From Bdellovibrio sp. (GTDB taxonomy: Bacteria > Bdellovibrionota > Bdellovibrionia > Bdellovibrionales > Bdellovibrionaceae): a stretch of 64,000 nt of DNA. A model generated the notes under the pieces. It saw only the letters and a program-made list of their open reading frames with translations. It was not told where the DNA came from and ran no database searches. Numbering within the stretch: position 1 is the stretch's first letter; each line of letters opens with the position of its first letter. Where the stretch lies: NCBI GenBank assembly GCA_036677065.1, contig JAKFBS010000002.1, positions 736,001-800,000 on the forward strand, written 5' to 3'. A program made the position numbers and the translations under genes. Positions 40,498 to 50,283 of this stretch are shown one piece after another.

Positions 40498-41583
40498 CTA
40501 TATTAACGAGAAAGATAGGTAAAATACACCTTCTGATTTTGGCATATTGGTTTCATTTTTCACTTTATCATAGGCTTCTGTGTATCTTTGGTCGTTATTA
40601 GCTAATGATTTTGCGAATTCTAAATTATTTAATGCCTGAATGCGATCACCTTTGCTCCAAGACGCCCAGGCTAAATAATAATAGCGTAGGGCTTGTAATT
40701 TTGGGTCTTCTTTTACGTTTGGAAAAGCATTTAGCAGTTTTGCCTCGCCATTTTCTGAATGAATTAAACCGTACATATACATTTCGCGCATTTCGATATC
40801 ACGTGGATTTAATTTATAAGCCTGTTTTAACTTCGGAAATAGCTTTCCGCCTTCAGCATAAACTATGGGTTTCTGACCAAAGCCCAAGGCTTTTACATAA
40901 ATTTTCAGCGCATCAAAATCATTCGGGTATGAAGCTATTAAGGTTTGCACCATCGACACCATCAGAGGTGGATTTTTAACTTGTTTTAAAAGTTGAGCCT
41001 GAATTTTTCGTTGCAGAACACTTTGAGTTAAACTTTTAACGTCGATATCATCTGAATACAGAAAATCAGTGACGTAAGCTTGATAGACTTTTAAAAAAGC
41101 CTTACACATAACACTTTCAATAACTTCATTGACTTGCGCGGTATTTTTTTTATTTCCGATCAGACATTTATCGACTACGCTCAGATCGCCTGACTCTGGA
41201 AAAGTAAAACATTTGATATCGTATTTACCCGGATCATTTTTACGGGCTTCAATGAGTTCAGCATGACTGTTCTTTTTTAAAAGATCATCATGCTGAATTT
41301 TACAGTAAGAACTCTTTAAAAATGTTTCTTCAGCACTTAAAGTTTTAGAAACCACTTCAGGCAGCGGAGGAGGAGGCGCAGTTTGCGCTACTTCACTTAA
41401 TGGGGGCGGCGGAGGTATCGCCTGACTTTGAGCCGCGACAAAATCAGCCTTCGGAACAAATTCTTCTTTAGCAACGATCACGCCTGAAAAATTATTTGTA
41501 TAACTATACCAAACAATCACGACAACGACGACCGCTATGGCAAAAAATAAATTCGCGGCAAGGCCCTTCACAATGAATCCCAT
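40498..41583 (-). CDS. Hypothetical membrane-anchored Cys-containing helical/TPR-like protein (paralog 2)
   Basis: N-terminal TM, poly-Pro linker, four-Cys segment, TPR-like C-terminal helices. Confidence 0.6.
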   Translation of the reverse strand: MGFIVKGLAANLFFAIAVVVVVIVWYSYTNNFSGVIVAKEEFVPKADFVAAQSQAIPPPPPLSEVAQTAPPPPLPEVVSKTLSAEETFLKSSYCKIQHDDLLKKNSHAELIEARKNDPGKYDIKCFTFPESGDLSVVDKCLIGNKKNTAQVNEVIESVMCKAFLKVYQAYVTDFLYSDDIDVKSLTQSVLQRKIQAQLLKQVKNPPLMVSMVQTLIASYPNDFDALKIYVKALGFGQKPIVYAEGGKLFPKLKQAYKLNPRDIEMREMYMYGLIHSENGEAKLLNAFPNVKEDPKLQALRYYYLAWASWSKGDRIQALNNLEFAKSLANNDQRYTEAYDKVKNETNMPKSEGVFYLSFSLI

Positions 41584-42656
41584 TCAGGCATAAGTTCAAA
41601 ATCTAAATCAAAGATATTATGTTGTCCGAAAACAACTTTTTTATCGTTCACTTCTTTTAGTGTCTTTTCAAATAAATATTTGTGTTTCACACTTTTTTGC
41701 ACACCCGTGGTAAGGTGTAGTTTTGTTTTTTCAAAGCTGGATTTGTGTATCCAATGAAACCAGGCATAAAAATAGTAGGCGTAAAAATCATCTCTCAAAA
41801 ATTCAAGTTCTGTTAATTTAAAAAGCCCCCGTTCAGAAACCATTACGCTGTAAGCGACAAATTGCTGAATCTCTTTATCCTGAGGCGCAAGCTTATAGGC
41901 CTTCGTTATATAAGGATACACTGGCCCCGTATTTGAAAAATCATGCACAGGCAGAAGATATTGAGCGATCAAATACAACTTCAAGGCCTTTAGCTGATTA
42001 GGCGCGCGGCGAAGCACTTCGTCGGCCAGATTTTTTTGTAATTCATCATCATAATGTAAACGGGCTACAAATTGCGCAATCAATTTAGCTCGAAGAATAT
42101 CCTCTGGCATATTATTAATATCTGTTACATCAGTATAAAAATAATCAGTCAGCATGAATTTATAATAAGTCAGAAAGGCATCACATAAGGCATCTGCAAC
42201 CACATTATGCGTATCACTGTTTTTATAAATGACTTCAGTTGATGGTTTATCAGTGCAACTTTTAATGTCCATCCCTTTAACAGTTGGAATAGCAAAACAG
42301 TTTTTATCCATGAACGCCGGATTTTTTTCTAGCGCTTCACGAAAGACTTTTCCGCTGGGAATTCTAAGCATTTCTTGAAACTGAGCCTTACAAAATGGAC
42401 TATTGGAAAAATTATCAGAAATTTTAACAACGGCTGCTGAAACCGCAACTGAAACCAATGCAGGAGCCGGAGCAGAAACAGATGCTACAGCTACTGGGCT
42501 AGAAACTCCGGCGGTATGAGTTATTGTTGTAGCTGTGAGAACTTGAACTTCTTGAGCTGCAAGGTCTCCCTTGAAATAATTTGATAGAAGAGTCCACAGA
42601 ACAACTGTAACGAGTACCAAAACTACCAGTCCAGCTTTTACTGCAGATTTCTTCAC
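41568..42656 (-). CDS. Hypothetical membrane-anchored Cys-containing helical/TPR-like protein (paralog 1)
   Basis: Same architecture as the downstream gene, with alignable motifs. Confidence 0.6.
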   Translation of the reverse strand: MKKSAVKAGLVVLVLVTVVLWTLLSNYFKGDLAAQEVQVLTATTITHTAGVSSPVAVASVSAPAPALVSVAVSAAVVKISDNFSNSPFCKAQFQEMLRIPSGKVFREALEKNPAFMDKNCFAIPTVKGMDIKSCTDKPSTEVIYKNSDTHNVVADALCDAFLTYYKFMLTDYFYTDVTDINNMPEDILRAKLIAQFVARLHYDDELQKNLADEVLRRAPNQLKALKLYLIAQYLLPVHDFSNTGPVYPYITKAYKLAPQDKEIQQFVAYSVMVSERGLFKLTELEFLRDDFYAYYFYAWFHWIHKSSFEKTKLHLTTGVQKSVKHKYLFEKTLKEVNDKKVVFGQHNIFDLDFELMPEWDSL

Positions 42657-43096
42657 TAAGCTCTTCCTGTTGAACCAAATCCACCAGCACCACGTGCAGT
42701 ATCAGAAAGCTCTTCCACCAATTGAAAGCTCGCCTGAATAATCGGACAAATCACAAACTGTGCACAACGTTCTTGATCGTTGATCACAATCGGCTCTTGG
42801 CCAAGGTTAACTAAAATCACTTTCACTTCGCCACGGTAATCAGCATCGATTGTACCAGGTGTATTTAACACTGATAAACCTTGTTTGGCTGCTAAACCAC
42901 TGCGCGGACGACATTGAATTTCATACCCTACCGGAATTTCAAAAGTTAAACCTGTCGGAACCATCGCGCGCTCCATAGGTTTTAAAGTTAATGGTTGGTC
43001 TAACTGAGCACGCACATCAAAACCACTTGCTCCATGTGACTGGTAAGCCGGAAGTTCACCTTTGAAATGTGGCCATTTTTTAATTTTAACTTGCAT
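42656..43096 (-). CDS. dut: dUTP diphosphatase
   Basis: [22 protein letters not shown] and [18 protein letters not shown] before ATG 43096. Confidence 0.97.
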   Translation of the reverse strand: MQVKIKKWPHFKGELPAYQSHGASGFDVRAQLDQPLTLKPMERAMVPTGLTFEIPVGYEIQCRPRSGLAAKQGLSVLNTPGTIDADYRGEVKVILVNLGQEPIVINDQERCAQFVICPIIQASFQLVEELSDTARGAGGFGSTGRA

Positions 43097-43106
43097 ACGC
43101 TCTCTC

Positions 43107-44387
43107 CTATTTTTTCGCAAAATTGATAGCATTAACCCATGGTTTCATTTTTGAAACATGAGGCCCCATAAGGATGACAGCCATCTTTTCTAAATCAAAA
43201 TGTTCTTTAAGATACATCTTGATTGATTTTTCACTCACGGCTTCAACTTCTTGAATGACTTTTTCAACTGAACGATAATCTGCAAAAATCATTTCATTCA
43301 CACCCAGTGAAGTCATACGGTTTTCAATATCGTCAGAACCCATTAATAATTGGCCGCGCACCTGGGTTTTAAATAAATCTAAATCCGATTTTTTAATCCC
43401 ATCTTTTTTAATTTTTAATAATTCATCTTTAATAATACTAATCACTTTTTTAACTTTTGTGGGGTCAGTGCCGGCATAAATCGTGATATTGCCACAGTCG
43501 ACTTGCGTATTTAAAGACGAAAACACGCTATAAGCTAAGCCCTGTTTTTCACGCACGGCTTGATAAAGTTTAGACGTCATACCACCGCCTAATAACGAAT
43601 TCACAATAAATGCTTCAAAGCGGTATTTATCATGAAAGCTAGTAGCTGGTAATGCTAACAGAATATGAACTTGTTCTGAATCATCATCGTAAAATTTACG
43701 TGGGGCTTTCCAGCGGGGCGCACGACGCACGTTGGGCACATCAAAGGTTTTGCGGGTGCGAAACATTTTTTGCGCTTCGATAACCAAGGCATCATGCTCT
43801 AAAGGGCCAGCAGCAGAAACGATTAAGTTACTACCCTGATAAAACTTCTTATAGAAGTCATAGACCTTTTTTTGTGTCATTTTTGATAGTGTGTCGCTTT
43901 TACCTAAGATCTGACGACCTAAGGGATGATTGGCGTAACAGTGTTCAAATAGGTAATCGTAAATAATTTCTTCAGGTGAATCATCACTCATTTGAATTTC
44001 TTGTAGAACGACTTTTTTTTCCAGCTCAAAGTCTTTCTTAGAAATTTTCATATTACAAACCAGATCTGATAAAACTTCTAAACCGATCTTCCAGTCTTCT
44101 TTTAAAACTGTGCAATGGTAAGTTGTTTGTTCACGAGTTGTGTAAGCGTTAAGGTCTCCGCCTAAAGATTCTAAAGATCTTGCGATCTGATAAGCATTAC
44201 GCTTCTTGGTGCCCTTAAAAACTAAGTGCTCAACAAAATGCGAGATACCGATTTCTTCTGGATCTTCATCGCGCGTGCCGGTTAACACCCACACGCCTAA
44301 TGCGACAGATTTAGAGTGCGGATGATATTCACTCACCACGCGCACTCCATTAGATAAAGTCGATTTTTTAAAATGTGACAATGACAA
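43107..44387 (-). CDS. M16 family zinc metallopeptidase
   Basis: HFVEH (HxxEH), LNAYTTRE and LGGGMTSKL; conserved position downstream of pnp. Confidence 0.93.
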   Translation of the reverse strand: MSLSHFKKSTLSNGVRVVSEYHPHSKSVALGVWVLTGTRDEDPEEIGISHFVEHLVFKGTKKRNAYQIARSLESLGGDLNAYTTREQTTYHCTVLKEDWKIGLEVLSDLVCNMKISKKDFELEKKVVLQEIQMSDDSPEEIIYDYLFEHCYANHPLGRQILGKSDTLSKMTQKKVYDFYKKFYQGSNLIVSAAGPLEHDALVIEAQKMFRTRKTFDVPNVRRAPRWKAPRKFYDDDSEQVHILLALPATSFHDKYRFEAFIVNSLLGGGMTSKLYQAVREKQGLAYSVFSSLNTQVDCGNITIYAGTDPTKVKKVISIIKDELLKIKKDGIKKSDLDLFKTQVRGQLLMGSDDIENRMTSLGVNEMIFADYRSVEKVIQEVEAVSEKSIKMYLKEHFDLEKMAVILMGPHVSKMKPWVNAINFAKK

Positions 44388-46484
44388 CTACTGCATTAAA
44401 GCTTTACGAGAAAGTTTAATACGGCCTGAACGGTCTACTTCAAGTACTTTTACGTCAATCATTTCGCCCTCTTTAAGAACGTCAGTCACTTGGCGTACGC
44501 GCTCGTTAGCAAGCTCAGAGATATGTAACAAACCTTGTGTGTTCGGAAGGATTTCTACGAAAGCCCCGAATTCAGCAATTTTCATTACTTTACCTTTATA
44601 AACTTTTCCAACTTCGGCTTCAGCACAGATTGATTCAATGATCGCGATGGCTTTTTTAGTTGCTGCAGGATCAGATGACGCAATGTTAATTGTACCGTCA
44701 TCTTGAATTTCGATTTTAACGCCAGTTTGTTCAGTGATCGAACGGATAACTTTACCGCCTGAACCGATAACTTCACGAATTTTATCCACTTTAATTTTGA
44801 TCGTCTCGATACGCGGAGCAAATTCTGACATTTGACCACGAGGAGCTTTCATCACTTTTTCCATTTCGCCTAAGATGAATAAACGTCCGTCTTTAGCTTG
44901 GTTAAGTGCAGTTTCCATTACAGCAAACGAAACTGAATCGATTTTGATATCCATTTGTAAAGCTGTGATTCCAGTTGCAGATCCTGCAACTTTGAAATCC
45001 ATATCACCTAAATGATCTTCATCACCTAAGATATCAGAAAGAACCGCTACACGGTCGCCTTCTTTAATTAAACCCATCGCAATACCTGCAATGTTAGCTT
45101 TGATTTTGATACCAGCATCAAGCATCGCAAGAGTTGCAGCACAAACTGAACCCATTGAGCTTGAACCGTTTGATTCTAAAACTTCAGAAACGATACGAAT
45201 CGTGTACGGAAATTGCGCGTGATCAGGAGCAACAGCTTTAACTGAACGTTCAGCTAAGTTCCCGTGTCCGATTTCACGACGACCTTGACCGCCGAAACGA
45301 CCGACTTCACCCACAGAGTACGGAGGAAAGTTGTAGTGTAATGAAAATTTACGTTTAACAGTTCCGTTTAAAGTCTCAACTGTTTGTTCATCATCAGCAG
45401 TACCAAGTGTAACAGTACCTAAACACTGAGTCTCACCACGTTGGAATAAACCAGAACCATGGGCACGTGGTAATAAACCAACTTCACACATGATTGGACG
45501 AACTGTTTTTAAATCACGACCGTCAATACGAGAAGCTGTATCTAAAATTTGAGAACGAGCTACTTTGTATTTAATGTCTTCGATGATAGTTGCGATTTCT
45601 TTTTTACGCGCACCTTTTTGTTTATCATCAGTTAATGGAGCTACGAACGCAGCAACAGCGGCTTCTTTAGCTGCATCAAAACCTGCGTAACGGTCTTGTT
45701 TAATTTTTTGTGATAAAGCTTTAGTGATAAGTGGAGTAATTAAGTTTTCAGCCTGAGTTCTGAAATCAGCATCAATCGTTGCTGCCGTGAAAGCGCGTTT
45801 AGCAACAGATCCAGTTTTTTCACGTAACTCTTCTTGCATTTGTAATAATGGCATTAAAGATTGGTGACCGAATTTTAATGCAGCTAATGCATCAGCTTCA
45901 GAAATAAATTTTGTTTCGCCTTCAACCATTAATAAACCATTTTTAGTTCCAGATACCAAGATATCCATATCTGAAGTTGCGATTTGTTCTGGAGTAGGAT
46001 TTGCAATAAATTGACCGTTAACACGAGCAACGTGGCATGCTGCTGTCGGGCCAGCAAATGGAATATTAGAAATGTGTAATGCAGCAGAAGCTCCTAAAGA
46101 AGCTAATACGTCCATTGAAAATGAACCATCTGCAGATAAGATTGTGCAAACAACTTGTGTGTCGTTTAAGTAACCTTCAGGAAAAAGTGGACGGATTGGA
46201 CGATCCACGATACGCGCGCTTAATACTGAATCATTAGAAGGTTTACCTTCACGTTTGAAATAACCGCCCGGGATTTTTCCGATAGCGTAATATTTTTCGA
46301 TGAATTCAACTGTTAAAGGGAAAAAGCTTTGATCTGGTTTTGCTTCTTTAGCTGATACTGCAGTAACTAAAACTACGTTGTTGCCACATGTAACTAAAAC
46401 TGAACCATCAGTTTGTTTAGCAAGGCGTCCTGTTTCGATTGTGATTTGTTTTCCTGCGATTGAGGTTGTAACTGTGTTGACCAT
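44388..46484 (-). CDS. pnp: Polyribonucleotide nucleotidyltransferase
   Basis: Two RNase PH domains (RREIGHG, DHLGDMDFKVAG), KH and S1 domains. Confidence 0.99.
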   Translation of the reverse strand: MVNTVTTSIAGKQITIETGRLAKQTDGSVLVTCGNNVVLVTAVSAKEAKPDQSFFPLTVEFIEKYYAIGKIPGGYFKREGKPSNDSVLSARIVDRPIRPLFPEGYLNDTQVVCTILSADGSFSMDVLASLGASAALHISNIPFAGPTAACHVARVNGQFIANPTPEQIATSDMDILVSGTKNGLLMVEGETKFISEADALAALKFGHQSLMPLLQMQEELREKTGSVAKRAFTAATIDADFRTQAENLITPLITKALSQKIKQDRYAGFDAAKEAAVAAFVAPLTDDKQKGARKKEIATIIEDIKYKVARSQILDTASRIDGRDLKTVRPIMCEVGLLPRAHGSGLFQRGETQCLGTVTLGTADDEQTVETLNGTVKRKFSLHYNFPPYSVGEVGRFGGQGRREIGHGNLAERSVKAVAPDHAQFPYTIRIVSEVLESNGSSSMGSVCAATLAMLDAGIKIKANIAGIAMGLIKEGDRVAVLSDILGDEDHLGDMDFKVAGSATGITALQMDIKIDSVSFAVMETALNQAKDGRLFILGEMEKVMKAPRGQMSEFAPRIETIKIKVDKIREVIGSGGKVIRSITEQTGVKIEIQDDGTINIASSDPAATKKAIAIIESICAEAEVGKVYKGKVMKIAEFGAFVEILPNTQGLLHISELANERVRQVTDVLKEGEMIDVKVLEVDRSGRIKLSRKALMQ

Positions 46485-46648
46485 TTCTTTAGGTCTCCTT
46501 TATATATTTTGTTCTTTTTTAACTATGCATATTAAGACATAAATTTAACATTTCGCCAATGAAAAAAGGGCTAGTCTCCCTCTCGAGGATTGTCTGATTT
46601 TTCACCTTATTTTTGAGTGTATTTTTCGGTCTGCGTCACAGTCCTAAA

Positions 46649-47941
46649 CTACTTAGCATTGCCTGTAGATTTGCTCTTTTTTACATCATCACCAGAGCCA
46701 GAGGCACCTGTTGATGAGTTTTCTGAACTAGGTATTGAAGTGCTCGCAAATTGGCTTAAATTTTTAAGTCTGTTTGTATGTTTCGGGCAGGTTTTACGAT
46801 CTGCCAGATACCTTCCAAGCAAGCCTGTAAAAGCATAGCCCGAAACTTTGTGTTGGCCCGAACCGTACGAGGCACATAAATACGACTCAGGGTGAGCCTT
46901 CTTTTGTCTTTTTAAAGACTCAGAAACCATGTTTTTGATCTCTGAATTATTCATTAGCGAATTAAGCATGATCTCTGAAGTTCCTGCGCCGTACACTGGC
47001 GTTGTTCCCATATGCACTTTGTATAAACACTGATTACTCATCGGCTCAGTCACTCCGAATTTTCCAAAGCCGTTAAATGATTGTGCATACATGGCCATCT
47101 TTTCTTCAGGAAGCCTCATTCCCGCAGAACGCTTGGCCGCTGAAATAAAACGATTTTGCATATATTTATGCGCCATTATATCTAAAATTTTTGAACGCAA
47201 CTCATCACCTGGATATGAAAAAACCTGATCTATCTTTTCTTCATCACGAATCGGCTCATGCACGAATCCAGCTGGATTTGTTTTAACCACCATACAGCAG
47301 TCATCTTCACGGGGGGCACTGGCCAGAAAAAAAATTGCACTTTGGCCAACGGCAAAATTTTCAAGACAAACTGTATGATCTTTTCCTTTTGGGTCTTCGG
47401 TAAATTTTTTCAGACGCGGACTGCGGTTTTTTAAATCCACCAGACCGTTATCATACCCTGTACTTTCACGGTCACAGCCCATTGTATCGCCAACCGCAAT
47501 AGCATCCAACGGAATCGTTCCAAAAGCTGAAGCGTAAGATTGCGCCGAAGTCATATCATCCACCACTTTGCGGCCCGCAAGTGGTGGATTTTCAGTTACA
47601 ACGATCGCTAAAGCTAAATAGGGATCATTCCCCGCCTTAATCGCAGAATCTATAATTTCTTGCACAGTTTTTTTATGATACTTTGTCGATTCTTTGCTCT
47701 GATAATACTGATCGTTGGGCATTGATAACGTCATCAGTTCAGAGGATTTATTCGATTTTTTAGAATCAAAACAATTTAAATATCCATTGGCTAAAAAGGC
47801 TTTGCACTCGTCAGTGTTTTGATTAACCGTTACGTTTTCAAAACGTGTTAATTTTTTCTCAGCACATGAAATTTGATATTCATAAGCAGATGCATGCAAG
47901 CCGGCGAAAACTAAAAGTGTAGAAAGTTTATTTAACTTCAT
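46649..47941 (-). CDS. Secreted Cys-rich protein with a putative lysozyme-like/lytic-transglycosylase domain
   Basis: Signal peptide ending ASA; IIDSAIKAGNDPYLALAIVVTE and AQSFNGFG motifs; disordered Ser/Gly tail. Confidence 0.6.
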   Translation of the reverse strand: MKLNKLSTLLVFAGLHASAYEYQISCAEKKLTRFENVTVNQNTDECKAFLANGYLNCFDSKKSNKSSELMTLSMPNDQYYQSKESTKYHKKTVQEIIDSAIKAGNDPYLALAIVVTENPPLAGRKVVDDMTSAQSYASAFGTIPLDAIAVGDTMGCDRESTGYDNGLVDLKNRSPRLKKFTEDPKGKDHTVCLENFAVGQSAIFFLASAPREDDCCMVVKTNPAGFVHEPIRDEEKIDQVFSYPGDELRSKILDIMAHKYMQNRFISAAKRSAGMRLPEEKMAMYAQSFNGFGKFGVTEPMSNQCLYKVHMGTTPVYGAGTSEIMLNSLMNNSEIKNMVSESLKRQKKAHPESYLCASYGSGQHKVSGYAFTGLLGRYLADRKTCPKHTNRLKNLSQFASTSIPSSENSSTGASGSGDDVKKSKSTGNAK

Positions 47942-48347
47942 AAACTTTTGTCACCTTATTATAATTCCATGTCATCTTACCGGATTTTGCATCAGCAGAT
48001 TTGGTTTCGGTTAAAATCTCAGGCAGGTCAGAACCCTTAACTGATTTTGACTGCGCAAAAACGCCATCGATCATTCCAGCGAAATCAAAACTTCCACTCG
48101 GGTTTTTGACGAAGGCATAATACGTACAAAGCCCGCTACCACAAGCTGCCGAAGAATTTAAAAGGATCACGCCGTGCTTAAAAGCTTTATCTTTTTTCAA
48201 AACGATACGGCGGATGTCATCAGGATTTACGTTTTCTTTTTGCGCGACATATTCTGGTAAAAATGATTCTTTCAAAGTGGTTTTTGTCGTTTGTGAAAAC
48301 GCCATTACCGAAGTTAAAAGTACTATGAAAAATGAAAATTTACCCAT
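47928..48347 (-). CDS. Small secreted protein with a CGSGLC motif (putative inhibitor/immunity protein)
   Basis: Signal peptide, beta-rich body with ACGSGLCTYY; overlaps the next gene by 14 bp. Confidence 0.6.
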   Translation of the reverse strand: MGKFSFFIVLLTSVMAFSQTTKTTLKESFLPEYVAQKENVNPDDIRRIVLKKDKAFKHGVILLNSSAACGSGLCTYYAFVKNPSGSFDFAGMIDGVFAQSKSVKGSDLPEILTETKSADAKSGKMTWNYNKVTKVYEVK

Positions 48348-48420
48348 AGCTTATTTAACCATTATTTTTTAACGTTGGGTAAAACCAAGACCCGAACACA
48401 GGACCTTTGTTAGGTCCTAA

Positions 48421-48454
48421 AAATAAAAAACCCAGATCTTTCAACCTGGGTTTT
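48421..48454 (-). terminator. Intrinsic terminator after rpsO
   Basis: AAAACCCAG-N10-CTGGGTTTT stem with a T-rich tail on the minus strand. Confidence 0.8.
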
Positions 48455-48481
48455 ATTAATTCTAAGCGATAAGGCTTTAAA

Positions 48482-48751
48482 TTATTTACGGATTTCTAAT
48501 GCTTTGATTAGAGTTTCGTAACGTGCAGTGCTTCTAGATTTTAAATAATCTAAAAGTTGGCGACGTTGATTTACACATTGTAAAAGACCACGACGGCTGT
48601 GGTTGTCTTTTTTGTGAGTTGCGAAGTGACCAGTTAAATCGTTAATACGAGCTGTAAGTAACGCAACTTGAACTTCTGGAGAACCAGTGTCTAGCTCAGC
48701 TGTTTTGAATTTTTTTAAGATATCTGCTTTTTGTTGTTTTGTAACTGCCAT
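48482..48751 (-). CDS. rpsO: 30S ribosomal protein S15
   Basis: [13 protein letters not shown] and [11 protein letters not shown]; 89 aa; AGGAG RBS. Confidence 0.99.
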   Translation of the reverse strand: MAVTKQQKADILKKFKTAELDTGSPEVQVALLTARINDLTGHFATHKKDNHSRRGLLQCVNQRRQLLDYLKSRSTARYETLIKALEIRK

Positions 48752-48845
48752 TAAATGCTCCTATGCATGTCTGTAAGCTTGCTGGGTTTCACCCAGACGG
48801 TTTTATATCCGCTCTCCGAATCCTCGTCATGACTGACATAGGGCC
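48752..48845 (-). promoter_or_regulatory. Structured rpsO 5' leader (candidate S15 autoregulatory RNA)
   Basis: CCUAUG pairs with CAUAGG overlapping the RBS; internal hairpins CUGGGU-GAA-ACCCAG and GCGG...CCGU. Confidence 0.5.
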
Positions 48846-48897
48846 CCGATTTGTGCGATGGAATTTTGTAACAATTTCGATGGTTTAAAGCAAGTAC

Positions 48898-49839
48898 TTA
48901 GTAGCGAAACCCGCGTTTGATCTTAAAACCCTGCTCAGGCTCTAAGCCAATAATAGCTAAAACCTGTTTAGTGGCTTTAGAGCTGGCAAAGATCCATTGA
49001 TCCTTGGTTGGGTCAAAACCTACGATCAGCTTAGAACGTAAATCATGGCTGATTTGGCCATTATTCAACAACATCTCGTCATGGCCATCGACTTTAACGA
49101 TTCGAACCCCAGAGACTGCTTCAGTCATAGGCACTATTTTAGCCGTCATATCTAAAGTATTCGCATCTTTTGCCGCCAGCATCGCTTCTAACGGCTGCGC
49201 TTGGGCTATAGAAAACTCATGCGATTTAGTACGACGCAGGTTCGACATCGTTGCCCCGCAGGCCAACTGTTCACCTAAAAGCTTAACCCATGAACGGATG
49301 AAACTTCCTTTTGAGCAATGCAGGTGAAAACTATAGCGCTGTTCTTTTTCAGCTTCTGTATTTTCAACGTAAGTCACATCCCAAAACGTCATCGCTTTTG
49401 AAGGGATTTCGACATGTTCGCCTTCGCGCGCATATTCATACAATTTTTTGCCATCAATTTTTTTAGCAGAGAATAAGGGAATCGGAAGCTGCATTTCGCC
49501 CATTAACTTCATGGCTTTGGCGATCACTTCTTCTTTTTTAACTGTTACCGGATTTGTTTTTTCAACAGCGCCGGTAATATCTAAAGTGTCGGTCTCGATA
49601 CCAAGTTGCAATTGCACTTCATAGGCTTTATCGCCTTCGGTCACTATTGAACTTAATTTTGTAGCTTCGCCAATCAGAACAACCATCAACCCGCTGGCTA
49701 GCGGATCAAGAGTGCCTGAATGCCCTACTTCTTTAGTGTTAGCCAAACGACGAACACGCGACACAACATCATGTGAAGTCATACCCGAGGGTTTATCCAC
49801 GAGCAAAAGGCCATGCAGAGTAGTTCTTGGTTTAGACAT
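48898..49839 (-). CDS. truB: tRNA pseudouridine(55) synthase
   Basis: DKPSGMTSHD, GHSGTLDPLASG and CSKGSFIRS. Confidence 0.96.
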   Translation of the reverse strand: MSKPRTTLHGLLLVDKPSGMTSHDVVSRVRRLANTKEVGHSGTLDPLASGLMVVLIGEATKLSSIVTEGDKAYEVQLQLGIETDTLDITGAVEKTNPVTVKKEEVIAKAMKLMGEMQLPIPLFSAKKIDGKKLYEYAREGEHVEIPSKAMTFWDVTYVENTEAEKEQRYSFHLHCSKGSFIRSWVKLLGEQLACGATMSNLRRTKSHEFSIAQAQPLEAMLAAKDANTLDMTAKIVPMTEAVSGVRIVKVDGHDEMLLNNGQISHDLRSKLIVGFDPTKDQWIFASSKATKQVLAIIGLEPEQGFKIKRGFRY

Positions 49840-50248
49840 CGTCTTCTTCAGATTTTTTTTGATCTTTAGCAGACATTTCAGAAATAAGTTTTTCGATTTT
49901 TAAAATTTTCTCAGTCGATTCATCCGGAAAAAACGTTAATTTCGGCAAGTACTTCATATCTAATTTATTGCCGATTTCTTCCTGAATGTCTGGAGCCCAA
50001 TGTTGTAAGATTCCTACAGCTTCTTTCAGAACTTTGGTTTGCGTAGAATTTTGTAACTCTTCAACATTAGTTTGAAGAAGACTTACGAATACGCGCGCCT
50101 GGCGAAGATCTGCCGGAATTTGCACGCGTGTCACAGTAATTAAACCTGGCAGCTCACGCTGCAAACGCTGAATAATAAATGTAGAAATAACTGATTGAAC
50201 TTCACGTTCGACGCGCGCCACACGGCGCCCGTCATTCATATTTTTCAT
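49832..50248 (-). CDS. rbfA: Ribosome-binding factor A
   Basis: ITVTRV...DLRQARVFVS and YLPKLTFFPDES; lies between infB and truB. Confidence 0.92.
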   Translation of the reverse strand: MKNMNDGRRVARVEREVQSVISTFIIQRLQRELPGLITVTRVQIPADLRQARVFVSLLQTNVEELQNSTQTKVLKEAVGILQHWAPDIQEEIGNKLDMKYLPKLTFFPDESTEKILKIEKLISEMSAKDQKKSEEDDV

Positions 50249-50283
50249 GACAAGAATCCTTTAAAGATCTTTACTCCGGTGCT

